A stretch of DNA of 61,196 nt, the filler included, from Stramenopiles sp. TOSAG23-2 (Eukaryota), in the NCBI GenBank assembly GCA_900128395.1. It is 5 parts of 5 records of this genome, joined end to end, with 100 filler letters (N's around TTAATTAATTAA, not from the genome) between each part and the next. Parts side by side here need not be neighbours in the genome. Positions count along the whole stretch, not along the records: positions 24,540 to 36,704 come from LT649874.1; 4 more parts are not named here. One strand, 5' to 3'. Below are positions 24,440-35,594 of this stretch, piece after piece. The notes beneath the pieces were generated by a model. It saw only the letters and a program-made list of their open reading frames with translations. It did no database searches and was not told the DNA's origin. The number at the start of each line of letters is the position of its first letter. Positions within the stretch are counted from its first letter, which is position 1. A program made the position numbers and the translations under genes.

Positions 24440-24539
24440 NNNNNNNNNNNNNNNNNNNNNNNNNNNNNNNNNNNNNNNNNNNNTTAATTAATTAANNNNN
24501 NNNNNNNNNNNNNNNNNNNNNNNNNNNNNNNNNNNNNNN
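24440..24539. other. Artificial contig spacer
   Basis: N44-TTAATTAATTAA-N44. Confidence 0.98.
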
Positions 24540-24593
24540 AAAAAAAAAAAAAAAAAAAAAAAAATTCACCATCTTTAATGTAGATAACTCTAT
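24540..24593 (+). repeat. Repeat family C end: poly-A plus TTCACCATCTTTAATGTAGATAACTCTAT
   Basis: The identical 29-mer after poly-A also starts the contig at 49070. Confidence 0.85.
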
Positions 24594-24616
24594 TTTATTT
24601 AAAAAAGATTTAAATA

Positions 24617-26284
24617 ATGGCTTCACGACTAATTAGCTTTAGAAAAGTACAATCATCATCAAACAGAATATTTTTCGGCGCCGTCGCTGCAACGGCAGCT
24701 GGATTTGTCTCATCTAATTTGTCAATGAATAGCAAAACTAAGGAAAAGTACTACACAGAAGAAGAGATACGTCAATTCGATGGGACAGATGGAAAACCAA
24801 CGTATGTAACGTTTAATGGAGCAGTATATGATGTCAGTGAGTTTCAAAAAATACATCCAGGTGGAAAATATATTAAACAAGCAGCTGGAAGCAAAGTTGA
24901 GCCTTTTTGGGAAAAGTGGCAATATCACTACCATAGCCAGAAAGTAAAAAATTACTTACAGGAACTGCGTATTGGTTATATAATTGATATGTATCCAAAC
25001 GAAACGAAATCAAAAATTAAAGTAAAAGATACGGCAAATGATTTGTATAGCGTTGATCCTAGTCGGACTGATGAACATACAGTTTTACTTGAAAAACCAT
25101 TTTGTTCGGAGACGAAACCGGAAGTATTGAAACAAAACTATCTAACCCCAGCTAGTGCGTTATATGTCAGAAACCATGCTCCTGTTCCAAATGAATTAGA
25201 TATAAATGGACATGAAATAGTATTTTCAAAAGAAGTGGACGATGATGATGACAATGAAGAAATAACTAGTGTATTATCGATCCAAGATATTTTAAAGAAA
25301 TATGAATCTGTTAATATTGTATCGATCATGCAATGTGCAGGAAACAGAGCAGCCGAAGACATCAAAGCAACAGGAAAAACAGGCTTTGTTGGCACACCGT
25401 TTGAATTTATAGAAGGAGGTATGGTTGGTAATGTACAATGTATGTAATTTATATACATATTCCTATCCTAAACATTAAATAGAATAGTACTAACATATAT
25501 TATGCAAATTCCTACAATTTCATATTTTTTTTTCATAGGGAGTGGCGTATTACTTAAGAATGTTTTAAAAGATATGTTCCCAACTGAATGTGATGATAAA
25601 TCAAACACATGGCATGTCATTTTTGAGGGTGCAGATGACTATGAAACAAGCACACCATTATCCCATATTTTAGACGAGGAAAACGATTGTTTATTGGCAA
25701 CAAAAATGAATGGTGAAAATATATCGCCAGACCATGGTTATCCAATAAGAGTTATTTTACCTGGAATTGCAGGTGCAAGAAATGTGAAATGGTTGCAATC
25801 AATTAAAGTATCGAAAAAGGCATCCAATTCACCGTGGAATGCATATTATTACAAAGAACAAGATGGTTCACATATACAAAAGCTACCTATTAATTCAATG
25901 GTATTGTCTCCTAGAAATGGCGAGGAAGTGGAAAGAAACGAAGATGGATGTATCAGTGTGGAAGGGATAGCATATGGGGGTGGAACTGGAAATAAAATTA
26001 CCAAGGTTGAAGTTAGTGTTGATAATGGCAAGACGTGGCAGACTGCAAAATTATTACTGGATGAAGTGATTGAAAACGCTTCAAAATCGTCATTTGGTTG
26101 GGTTAGATTTCAATTAGATAATGTTAAAATTTCTTCAAGTTATTCTCCAACGTCACAAGTAGGAGGAACAACTATCATGTGTCGAGCTACTGATGAAAGT
26201 GGAATTACACAACCAAAAGTGTCCCCCAAACAACGAGGGTATTTATATAATGGTTACAATGAAATAATAATTACTAGCATTTAA
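24617..26284 (+). CDS. SUOX: Sulfite oxidase (cytochrome b5 + Moco + dimerisation domains); exons 24617-25439 and 25539-26284
   Basis: b5 motif VYDV...HPGG, YVRNH, QCAGNR, DHGYPIR, GARNVKWL, VEVSVDNG, CRATD. Intron 25440-25538 (GTATGT...TACTAAC...ATAG) restores GNVQWSGV. Confidence 0.93.
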
Positions 26285-26676
26285 AATATGATTAGCGTTT
26301 ACGTACTTCGTATATTTTATTATTTTACGTATTATATATGACATATCATATCATATCATACTATCAAACCTCGTGTGCACTTTAATGATATAAAAAATTC
26401 TCTTATTTATAAATTAATGATATATATACTCTACATATGAGTAAGAGAAAAACACATATATACTCTTCGGTATATATAATGATCTTGCTTAATTTCGTAC
26501 ACCCATATATACACTCTCTTTATTATTATGATGTCACACGTATGCTAGTACTAATAGAGAACCAACGTATTTGTTTGTGTAATATAATAAAAACTATTCC
26601 ATTATACGCTATTCGTAAATATCTTACTCGTATTTATATACGCCATGAAACATAGAACCAAAACAAAGTTGTGCTC

Positions 26677-28791
26677 TTATTTTTTAGTAACGGCTTCCAA
26701 CAATTCATTTATACGTGGTAACATTGCCCTTGGATCTTCCATTACACCAGCTGCAACTGTCGCATTATCAAAAACTTGCTCTGCAATCAATCTTGCTAAT
26801 TTCGGATCGGAGTTTCTTAATTCAAACATACCGACATTAATAGGATGCAAGGCATTTAATTCCAATTTTTGTTTAGCAATTGTTTGTTGTTCGCCTAATT
26901 GTTTCATCATACGTTGTATAGTTGCCGATTCATGATCAACAATGATTGCTGGTGAATCCTTTAAACGTGTTGTTACTTGAACGTCTCTAACTTGCTCTGA
27001 CAATGTTTCTTTTACCCAATCCGCCATTTCTTTATTTATTTTATCATCGTTTTCATTTTTTTCATCAGTATCCCCACGTTCCTCTTTCGTTGCTCTACCA
27101 CCATCAGTTCTTAAATCTATACCACTTGATTCCGCTGAAATCAATTTTCTTCCTTCATATTGCATTAAATTTGATACAACAAATTCATCAATTGGATCAT
27201 AGAGGAAAACTACTTCAACTTTCTCACGTTTAAATTCTTCATAATACGGCGAGGCTAATGCTAATTTACGCGTTGGGGCAGCTAAATAATATATATTTGA
27301 CTGCTCCCCAGTGCATCGGCTGATGTAATCATCCAACGATGACATCATTTCCCCAGACGCAGTAGATGATGTTTCAAAGCGCAATAACTTTGCAATATCA
27401 TCCCTACGATCAAAATCAGTGACAACACCTTCCTTAATAAAATGCCCAAATTCTTCAAAGAATTCATTATATTTTGTAGCATCTTTATCCGCCTCTTGTT
27501 GCAACATGCGTATGACACGGCGTGTCAACACATTACTAATTTTTTTCACCAATTGCGAGTCTTGAATACCTTCACGTGAGATTTGCAATGGTATGTCCTC
27601 ACTGTCAACTGCACCTTTGACGAAACGCATCCATTGTGGCAATAAATTTTCAGAGTTACCTTCAATTAAAACTTTTCTACTATATAAATTGACACCAGGA
27701 TCCATACGCGCTGCACCGAATTTTTCCGTATGAGTAGTACCGATGAAAAACAATGCCTTCAAATCAAGAGGAACATCAACTTTAAAATGCAATTGGTATT
27801 GTGGTTCATCCCATGCATTTGCTATATATCGATAAAATTCTGTATATTGCTCTTCAGTCAAAGAGGCTTTATCCATCGCCCAAATGGCTTGAATAGTGTT
27901 GACTTGATCACCATTTAGTGCAATAGGAAATGGAACAAAATTTGAATATTTGCTTAAAATATTTCTAACTGTAGCTGGTTCACCATAGGAGTAGCAATCA
28001 TCTCTTAAATGCATAATAATTTTTGTCCCACGTGTTTCTGGAGTTCCCTCCACCTTCTCAATACTGTAAGATCCAGCTCCTTCTGAGATCCACTTATGTG
28101 CACTTTGGATCTGACCATCATCGTCTAGTGCTGCTGGTGTGCTTACCACCTCTACTTTATTTGCAACCATAAATGCAGAGTAAAAACCAACACCAAATTG
28201 ACCAATAATATCAACTTCCTTTCCATCAGCTTTTGCCCCCGCAAGAAATTCTTTTGAGCCTGAACGTGCAATGGTTCCCAATGTTTTCACCATTTCCTCC
28301 TTAGCAAGCCCAACACCACTATCTTCAATGGTAATGGTTTTTTTTTCCTCATCAGTTGTAATCTTTATTTCCAATTTGCTATCGTTCAAAGCGACATTAT
28401 TATTAGTATTTTGCAAATAACGTACTTTTTCAAGTGCATCTGATGCGTTGCTAACAAGTTCCCTTACGAAAACTTCTTTATCAGTGTATAAAGAATTAAT
28501 AACAATATCTAATAGTTGTTTTGTCTCAGCTTCAAATTGATATGCTTCATTTGCAGCCGTGCTATCATTTGAAGTATCATCATTGGCCACAGAAGAAAAG
28601 AACCTGTGGTTGTTGTTGATATTATTATTATTATAATTATTGTACATAACATCCACATTAACAACTCGTTCCACAACATAATCTTTTGCAAGGAATGTCT
28701 CTGGGGTAGAGAAAATTCTTAAATGTGTCCTACCCTTTGCACATAATACATTACGTGCTACTGGCCGAAAACTGTTGATTAGACGGTTCAT
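26677..28791 (-). CDS. TRAP1: Mitochondrial HSP90 (TRAP1/HSP75)
   Basis: RELVSNASDALEK, GTIARSGS, IGQFGVGFYS, DSEDIPL; presequence ending RFFSS; no MEEVD or KDEL tail. Confidence 0.93.
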   Translation of the reverse strand: MNRLINSFRPVARNVLCAKGRTHLRIFSTPETFLAKDYVVERVVNVDVMYNNYNNNNINNNHRFFSSVANDDTSNDSTAANEAYQFEAETKQLLDIVINSLYTDKEVFVRELVSNASDALEKVRYLQNTNNNVALNDSKLEIKITTDEEKKTITIEDSGVGLAKEEMVKTLGTIARSGSKEFLAGAKADGKEVDIIGQFGVGFYSAFMVANKVEVVSTPAALDDDGQIQSAHKWISEGAGSYSIEKVEGTPETRGTKIIMHLRDDCYSYGEPATVRNILSKYSNFVPFPIALNGDQVNTIQAIWAMDKASLTEEQYTEFYRYIANAWDEPQYQLHFKVDVPLDLKALFFIGTTHTEKFGAARMDPGVNLYSRKVLIEGNSENLLPQWMRFVKGAVDSEDIPLQISREGIQDSQLVKKISNVLTRRVIRMLQQEADKDATKYNEFFEEFGHFIKEGVVTDFDRRDDIAKLLRFETSSTASGEMMSSLDDYISRCTGEQSNIYYLAAPTRKLALASPYYEEFKREKVEVVFLYDPIDEFVVSNLMQYEGRKLISAESSGIDLRTDGGRATKEERGDTDEKNENDDKINKEMADWVKETLSEQVRDVQVTTRLKDSPAIIVDHESATIQRMMKQLGEQQTIAKQKLELNALHPINVGMFELRNSDPKLARLIAEQVFDNATVAAGVMEDPRAMLPRINELLEAVTKK

Positions 28792-29420
28792 TCTGATTGC
28801 TACTATTTTTTGTTTGTTTGTTTGTTGTTATTAATTGTTTGGTCTATTGCACTCTCTCTCTCTCTCTCTCTTAGTAATCATGCGTGTGGTGGATATTATA
28901 TATGTGGTTGGCACGTATTATACAGATGTAGCTCTATTATCTAGCTCTCGTATTATTATTGCAATGCTATTTATATTCTAGAATTTTATGAAGAAAATGC
29001 ATGCCTGGGCATGCCCGGCATGCAAGTATTGTATGTGTAGCTATAATATATTAGTAATTAGACGATTATTACACTCTGTTAACCCTTAAAAAGAAATAAT
29101 AAATCTGATACCATAGAGATATAGGAGGACGAGAGGTCATCCAGGTCATCTCATCTCGCATATTAGGATGTAGCACATTACACCTTGTATATTTATTGTA
29201 CTTTCATTTATTATTTATTGAATTTAGTGCTTCTTATAAATAATATATATATATAATTGAAATAATAATATGCACCAATCTGGCAATAACAACAAAATAT
29301 AGATAGTCGTCTATGACATACATCCAGCATATATAAGTATATATTCATTATAAAAACCCATTATACATCCATTTAAATACAACACATTAATCAATCAATA
29401 AATTATTATCATATTGTATT

Positions 29421-30497
29421 ATGGCGACATTAAGTGCTGAAAATACAAAGACCAAGGGAAAGAAAAAGACAAATATAACTAATAGCAAAAAAAAGAAACA
29501 TAATAATAATAATAACAATGGCACAAAAAAAAACAACAGTGATGATAATAAATATAATAAGAAGAAACCGAACGTAGATTACAAGCGTAAATTGACTCCG
29601 CTGGAGTTTAGAGAGGATTATGCTGATTATCAAGATTTTACTGGCCAAGGTGTACAAATAGAATTGCAAGTTGCAATGTGGCTGAAGAAATCAAATTCTT
29701 TTTGGAAAAGATTGCGTTTTATTAAATCCACAGATGTTGCAGAAAAAGTGTTTGAACAAGTCAAAGATATGGAAGAAGAGTTTACATTTAGTATATCATA
29801 TGAACCGAAATTATTAGCAGATTTCGCTCGATATGGCTTTTTACCAATGTGTATCCAATGCGCAGCAGATTTGGCGGCATTTACACCGAAACTGCACCGC
29901 AACCGTTCATTATTGGATTTTAAAGATTTATATGTATCTAAAAATACTCGAAAGAAATCGAAAAATTTTTATGTTACGATTGATGAATGTTTTGATTTTT
30001 GTATACAACAATGTTGCAAACAACATGGTGATCACTGTTGGTTCTATCCTGCTTTGATTCAATCCTATCGACATATTTTCGATCGAAACGATCAAGGTGG
30101 CTTATTAGGAGTAACAATGCATAGTATTGAGGTATGGTCTAATGATGGCTCAGTTGTTGCTGGTGAAGTAGGATATGCAATTGCTGGTGTATATACATCA
30201 TTGTCTGGTTTTAAATTATTAAAATCTGCTGGTACAATACAATTATCTGTCGTACCTGCCATATTAAAATCATGTGGATTTGATTTTTGGGATCTAGGTA
30301 TGCATATGAAATACAAAGAAAAATTAGGTGCAAAAAAGACACCAAGGAAAGAGTTTGTAAATCGTTTATTTGAATCAAAAGAAAAACATCCAGTATCGGT
30401 TCCATTGACATTGTCACCATCATTACCACGAAATTGCAAGCAATTAGTGGATTTACATTTTAATATTAATAATAATAATTCCAAGAAGAAATGTTGA
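29421..30497 (+). CDS. Leucyl/phenylalanyl-tRNA--protein transferase (Aat-like) homolog
   Basis: GFLPM, PKLH, MHSIEVW...VAGEVGYAIAGVYTSLSGF, GTIQL, FWDLGMHMKYKEKLGAK. Confidence 0.85.
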   Translation: MATLSAENTKTKGKKKTNITNSKKKKHNNNNNNGTKKNNSDDNKYNKKKPNVDYKRKLTPLEFREDYADYQDFTGQGVQIELQVAMWLKKSNSFWKRLRFIKSTDVAEKVFEQVKDMEEEFTFSISYEPKLLADFARYGFLPMCIQCAADLAAFTPKLHRNRSLLDFKDLYVSKNTRKKSKNFYVTIDECFDFCIQQCCKQHGDHCWFYPALIQSYRHIFDRNDQGGLLGVTMHSIEVWSNDGSVVAGEVGYAIAGVYTSLSGFKLLKSAGTIQLSVVPAILKSCGFDFWDLGMHMKYKEKLGAKKTPRKEFVNRLFESKEKHPVSVPLTLSPSLPRNCKQLVDLHFNINNNNSKKKC

Positions 30498-30683
30498 CTT
30501 TTCATTATTATTATTATTATTTGTATTTGACGTGTTAATATTAAAATGTGCCAATCCTAGAAAGCAAAATGTTGAAAGAAAGTTGATGACTTAATTAGTA
30601 AGATGGCCAAAGTAGAACGTCAACGTCTCCCTTTTAATGTGAATTGTGAAATAAACAAATATCTGATGATAGAAGTATATATC

Positions 30684-30979
30684 ATAATGATGGTTAAAAT
30701 CTAAGTTATAATATTTTTACACTTCTCGTGTTAAGTAATGTGATATTTTACAAATTTACTACACATTATCGTCTTTCAAATTTCAAAGTTAACCTTTAAA
30801 ATTATATTCATTATAAAATGATGGTTAAAATCTAAGTTATAATATTTTTACACTTCTCGTGTTAAGTAATATGCCCAATACTCAATCGCAAGAATAATAT
30901 GTTATCCTACTATAGTAAAGATGATAGCAATACTCAATCGCAAGAATAATATGTTATCCTACTATAGTAAAGATGATAG
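30684..30979 (+). repeat. Repeat family B cluster (two copies at 30684 and 30817, plus a 52-bp tandem duplication 30876-30979)
   Basis: Direct sequence identity. Confidence 0.85.
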
Positions 30980-31211
30980 AAATATAAAATTTGTATAGCA
31001 TAGTTTTATTTTCTTATAGTAACCAACATTCTCCCTACCAACACATACTGTACTGTACATATAATGTATAATAATGTGTACAATGTCCAATGTACAATGT
31101 ATTAAAGTATAATATAGTTAGCTACCTATAGTCTAGGTATAATACTGTGTCATATGTCATATCAGGGAGAAGTCTCATATAATATACTGTAATAAATCTA
31201 TCACAGCGTAC

Positions 31212-31932
31212 TCATCTTTTTCTGGCATGTTATTACCTTAATATTGTGCATGGGTTTCTACCATTGAAGCAGCAGGTATTTTAAAACTTCATTATAAAAT
31301 GGTTTATTTTTTTGGTAACAATTTTGTTACCTTTTTGTTTTCATTGTTATTAGGCTTATTTTAAAACACGTGTTACACTCCTGTAATTCATTTGGAAAAT
31401 ATTTAAGGTATATACGAAAAATTGTCAAAAGTCAAAAGACTCCGTACTCCGTAAATAACAAAAGAACACTATTCACTATGGGAAATATGTAAATATCGTT
31501 TTCTAAAATACCAATTTTATTTTTCATATATTTGGAAAAAATAGCAAATATCCGAAAATATAGAAAAAATGATGAATATTTCCCCATAGTGAATAGTGTC
31601 ACTGCGTACTCCGTACCGTACCAAAATCCAAAATCTTCATCAAACATCTTTTTCTGGCATTTTATATTACCTTAACATTATGCATGGGTTTCTACCATTG
31701 AAGCAGCAGGTATTTTAAAAATTCATTATAAAATGGTTTATTTTTTTGGTAACAATTTTGTTACCTTTTTAAATCCATTGTTAAACTACCTTAACATTAT
31801 GCATGGGTTTCTACCATTGAAGCAGCAGGTATTTTAAAAATTCATTATAAAATGGTTTATTTTTTTGGTAACAATTTTGTTACCTTTTTGTTTTCATTGT
31901 TATTAGGCTTATTTTAAAACACGTGTTACACC
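31212..31932 (-). pseudogene. Decayed coding fragment present as three direct copies (starting ~31212, ~31645, ~31787)
   Basis: GCATGGGTTTCTACCATTGAAGCAGCAGGTATTTTAAAA occurs three times; the minus strand gives broken peptide-like text (KIPAASMVETHA, MPEK...EYAV). Confidence 0.55.
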
Positions 31933-32280
31933 CCTACAATTTATTTTAAAAATATTTAAGGTATATACGATGCGTACCACACCAGCACACAGCATCGTCT
32001 AGCTCTATAGCGTCGAGAGCAAAAGCTCGACTATTGCAGAGTACCATACTGGCATAGCAACCTAAACCACCATACGAAAAAAAATTTATTCTTATGAAGA
32101 ATAATAAATAAATAATAAATTTATGAATAAATAACATGAAAAGGGTAGAGAAAGAGACAAGAGACAACATTCATTGAAATTAAAAAAACAACAAATACAA
32201 ATTTTGATACATCACCATTTTCTTTCTCACACACATATATAATCAAACTATTAAAATAAAAAATAATAAAATTAAAGAAC

Positions 32281-33927
32281 ATGTCGAATAATAATAATTT
32301 GCCTATTGATATCCAATATAAAAAAATGTTAGATTGGTTAATTGATCGTGGTTTATTATATAAAACCTGGAATAAAAATTATAAGCGTGTAAAAAACTCT
32401 ATAGCAGTAGCGTTAAGTAAAGAAGCTACGTGCAAAGCAGTAAAAGATTATTTGGAGAATTTATCAAATGTAGATGAAAACACTAATAGCAGTAGCGATA
32501 GCGAAAGCATCTCTGAAAATTTTACATTTTTTCATGCAAATAAAGTGTTTGATTTATATCTGGCATATTGTAAAGACGATAGCAACGAACGAACTGTATC
32601 AAAGTCACTATTTAATAATTACAACGATGCCGACTTATCTACATGGGATAATATTACACATGCATATAAAAAAAATAATATATATATGGGCGAAGCAGCT
32701 CGGGTTATGAAACAAAACACAGTGTACGAGATTCCAGCGCTAAAAAAAAATATTGCAAGAGTTGATAAACGAATTGGTGATATTGATCGTAAAATTGCTG
32801 AGTATGAAAAATCAATTACAGAATCAAAACAAAATTTGATAAGTAAATGCAAAGAATTGAAAATAAAGGGGATTAATTACAGACCTGAACTAACAGCACG
32901 TGCGGTGGATCTTGTACCGGCATTAAACAATATCCAAAAAGACATCCAAAATAGCGCTCTTGAAAATGCATGTGAATTTTACACTGTATTTTCAAATTAT
33001 ATTTTTGATCCAACCGCATTAAATGAGGAAATGAAAGAAGAAAACAAGAAAAAAGATATATTCGGCACTATATTCCAATTAATTAATGGCAAACTTATTG
33101 AAAATAACAATAATGGCACTACTAGCCATGAAATAACAATGGGAGATGTTAGCGCTGACATAGATTGGGGTAACATGATGGATCAACTAGATGGTACTGC
33201 TGATGTATCAAGCAATGCGGTTGATCCAAATGCAGTAGATATTGATTGGTCATCCATGTTGGAAACGACATCAGGTGATCAGATGGCCTCTGCCATTACA
33301 ACTACGACAGATGATAATAACAACGACAATGCAGTTGAAATAGATTGGAGTTCCATGGTTGAAATAGAATCAGAAGGTGCAAGTGTAGGAACTGGTTCTA
33401 ACAGCAATAACAATTTATTGTCATCGAATTTCAGGCAAAATGTAATGAACGAATTGCTGCAATTAAAAACATTTTATGTACATCGAATATTTGAAATGTC
33501 TGATGAATCTGAAAATAGCAATTCATTATTAACTTCTGGAGATAGTAATTTACCAATATTAATACGTAATAGCAATATTAGTACTATGAAAAAATACTTA
33601 AAAGTGATAAATGAAATCATGGATGCCATGAAAGAGTCTGTTCTACAGCAACTTTTAGCTATTCATTCTGGAGGAGGTGCATTTGATAGAATTGTGAATA
33701 GTTTGCAAGCCATCGATTTACAAATAAGTAAGTTAGGTAAATTGAAGGATAAAATTTTAGATGAAAGATCTATATTGTCACAAGAAACTAGGACATGCCG
33801 CTCTAAAGTACAAAAGCTTGTTAAGGAAACTGTTCAATTGAAATCAAACATTGAAAATGCATTATCAAAGCATTATAAAGGTAGAAACGTTAAAATCGTT
33901 GGAGATATAAATTCATTGTTGTTGTAA
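32281..33927 (+). CDS. CDK5RAP3: CDK5 regulatory subunit-associated protein 3 (C53/LZAP), UFMylation/ER-phagy factor
   Basis: LPIDIQYKKMLDWLIDR, NIYMGEAA...YEIPALKK, central IDWG/IDWS motifs, C-terminal GRNVKIVGDIN. Confidence 0.92.
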   Translation: MSNNNNLPIDIQYKKMLDWLIDRGLLYKTWNKNYKRVKNSIAVALSKEATCKAVKDYLENLSNVDENTNSSSDSESISENFTFFHANKVFDLYLAYCKDDSNERTVSKSLFNNYNDADLSTWDNITHAYKKNNIYMGEAARVMKQNTVYEIPALKKNIARVDKRIGDIDRKIAEYEKSITESKQNLISKCKELKIKGINYRPELTARAVDLVPALNNIQKDIQNSALENACEFYTVFSNYIFDPTALNEEMKEENKKKDIFGTIFQLINGKLIENNNNGTTSHEITMGDVSADIDWGNMMDQLDGTADVSSNAVDPNAVDIDWSSMLETTSGDQMASAITTTTDDNNNDNAVEIDWSSMVEIESEGASVGTGSNSNNNLLSSNFRQNVMNELLQLKTFYVHRIFEMSDESENSNSLLTSGDSNLPILIRNSNISTMKKYLKVINEIMDAMKESVLQQLLAIHSGGGAFDRIVNSLQAIDLQISKLGKLKDKILDERSILSQETRTCRSKVQKLVKETVQLKSNIENALSKHYKGRNVKIVGDINSLLL

Positions 33928-33992
33928 ATTTTACGTACACAATATATATTAGTTTAAATATTATGTAATTTTATAAGTGTGTTTTAAATTTT

Positions 33993-35594
33993 TTAGATGT
34001 ATGAAATTCTATTCACTGATTTCATACTTTTCATTCTGAATGGCATGACTATTCCTACCCGATTATTTCTTGTAGTATGGTGCATATTATTTTTATTATT
34101 ATCTACTTCATCATCATCATTATTATCATTTTGATCGATACCAACGTCAACAGCCATGGCCATTGTGTTGATAATATTATCCTCAATATGATCATTACCT
34201 GCTTCAATTGAATCAAAATTAAATACCACATCATCTGGTATACTATTTTTTGTCTCTCCACGTTCCATATCTTTACTCTTATCAATGAATGCATTGATAT
34301 CACTTTGAGCAATTTCTTCTGGATTTCCATCTGTTCTTTTCTTTTGTTTCTTATTCGTGTTGTTGATGTTACTACCATTGCTTCGTTCATTTTGTAAACG
34401 AAGTTCATCTACATCATCCTCACTATTTGTATTGCTGCTAGTTGTGCTACTAACGTTGCTACTTCTACTACTACTATTTCTACGACTTATAATATCACTT
34501 TTCATATTCACCAAATGTCTTGATAAACGACCGATCAATTCACGGTTTTCCTCTTCCATTTTCATATATCTATCTGGAAAATTACAATATTCTGGACCTC
34601 GACCCATTGCACAACAATGTAAATCAAAAACTTTTGCAGCTTGTTGTGGAGTCTTATATCTTCCTTTTAAACTTATTGATTTCCCTTTTATGCTCAATTG
34701 GACGTAGTAATGCAATATTTCGTTGCTGCTTCTTTTCTTTACTGGGAATACACCTTTGAATCCAGAATTATTTTGTAATTTACGTGGTTTACCCGGTCCC
34801 CATACAATTTTTGTAGGTGGTCGAAGTAATGATACTTGGTCAACAACGTTTAAATTATCATCTATTTCTATCTGTGTTGTACTTAATAAGTCATTATTTT
34901 GTTCATATTCATTGTCATTAAAGAGTGTTAAAAATGCCAACGTACCGGAAGAATCATTTTGATTATCATCTGCAGTATCATCATCTATGCATGCATCATT
35001 ATCGTTATTAATATGGTATAAATGATCATCTAAATCATTATTACCATTCGATGAAGTAAAATTGTTATTATTATTATTATTATCAGCATGTCTTATCGCA
35101 ATAAATTTATTTGTTGCATCTTCGTCTTCCTCCATATAATTTTCTGAAGAAACATCAGAAGCACGTGATAATCCTGTTATGTATTTATTATAATTTTCTG
35201 GAAAATTCAATTTTTCTGCTGGCAACCCAACTTCTACTGCTTTAAAGTCAGCAGCAACTGCTGCTTTTAAAGCGGTATCATAAACACCAACATATACTTG
35301 TTTTTTCTTATATTTAAAAACAGACTGGAAATTCTCTGAGTTTTTAATTTTATAAACACGTTTATACTTCGTTTTCAATGATTTTCCAGACCATTTGCCT
35401 TTTTTTTTACATTTATATTTTTTCTTTTTACAATTATATTCATTTCTACTTAAATCATTATTATTATCAACACTCGAAGCATCAACGCCAACTTGGTTGA
35501 TTTTCCTTTTCTTCTTATTGTTGTAACTACTATTATTATTACAGTTGATATCATCAGTATCGTCACTGAAGTAACTATCACTATCTCTAGTCAT
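33993..35594 (-). CDS. AP2/ERF-domain transcription factor with two AP2 domains
   Basis: YKRV...VYVGVYDTALKAAVAAD...LNFP and SGFKGV...GRYKTPQQAAKVFD...CNFP. Confidence 0.85.
   Translation of the reverse strand: MTRDSDSYFSDDTDDINCNNNSSYNNKKKRKINQVGVDASSVDNNNDLSRNEYNCKKKKYKCKKKGKWSGKSLKTKYKRVYKIKNSENFQSVFKYKKKQVYVGVYDTALKAAVAADFKAVEVGLPAEKLNFPENYNKYITGLSRASDVSSENYMEEDEDATNKFIAIRHADNNNNNNNFTSSNGNNDLDDHLYHINNDNDACIDDDTADDNQNDSSGTLAFLTLFNDNEYEQNNDLLSTTQIEIDDNLNVVDQVSLLRPPTKIVWGPGKPRKLQNNSGFKGVFPVKKRSSNEILHYYVQLSIKGKSISLKGRYKTPQQAAKVFDLHCCAMGRGPEYCNFPDRYMKMEEENRELIGRLSRHLVNMKSDIISRRNSSSRSSNVSSTTSSNTNSEDDVDELRLQNERSNGSNINNTNKKQKKRTDGNPEEIAQSDINAFIDKSKDMERGETKNSIPDDVVFNFDSIEAGNDHIEDNIINTMAMAVDVGIDQNDNNDDDEVDNNKNNMHHTTRNNRVGIVMPFRMKSMKSVNRISYI

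Noticed and set aside
29007-29016. GGGCATGCCC as a p53 response half-site
   Set aside because: No evidence of a p53 family in this organism; kept only as a generic palindrome.
30684-31932. CRISPR-like array
   Set aside because: Repeats are 50-165 bp, irregular and lack unique equal-length spacers; the context is eukaryotic with no cas genes.
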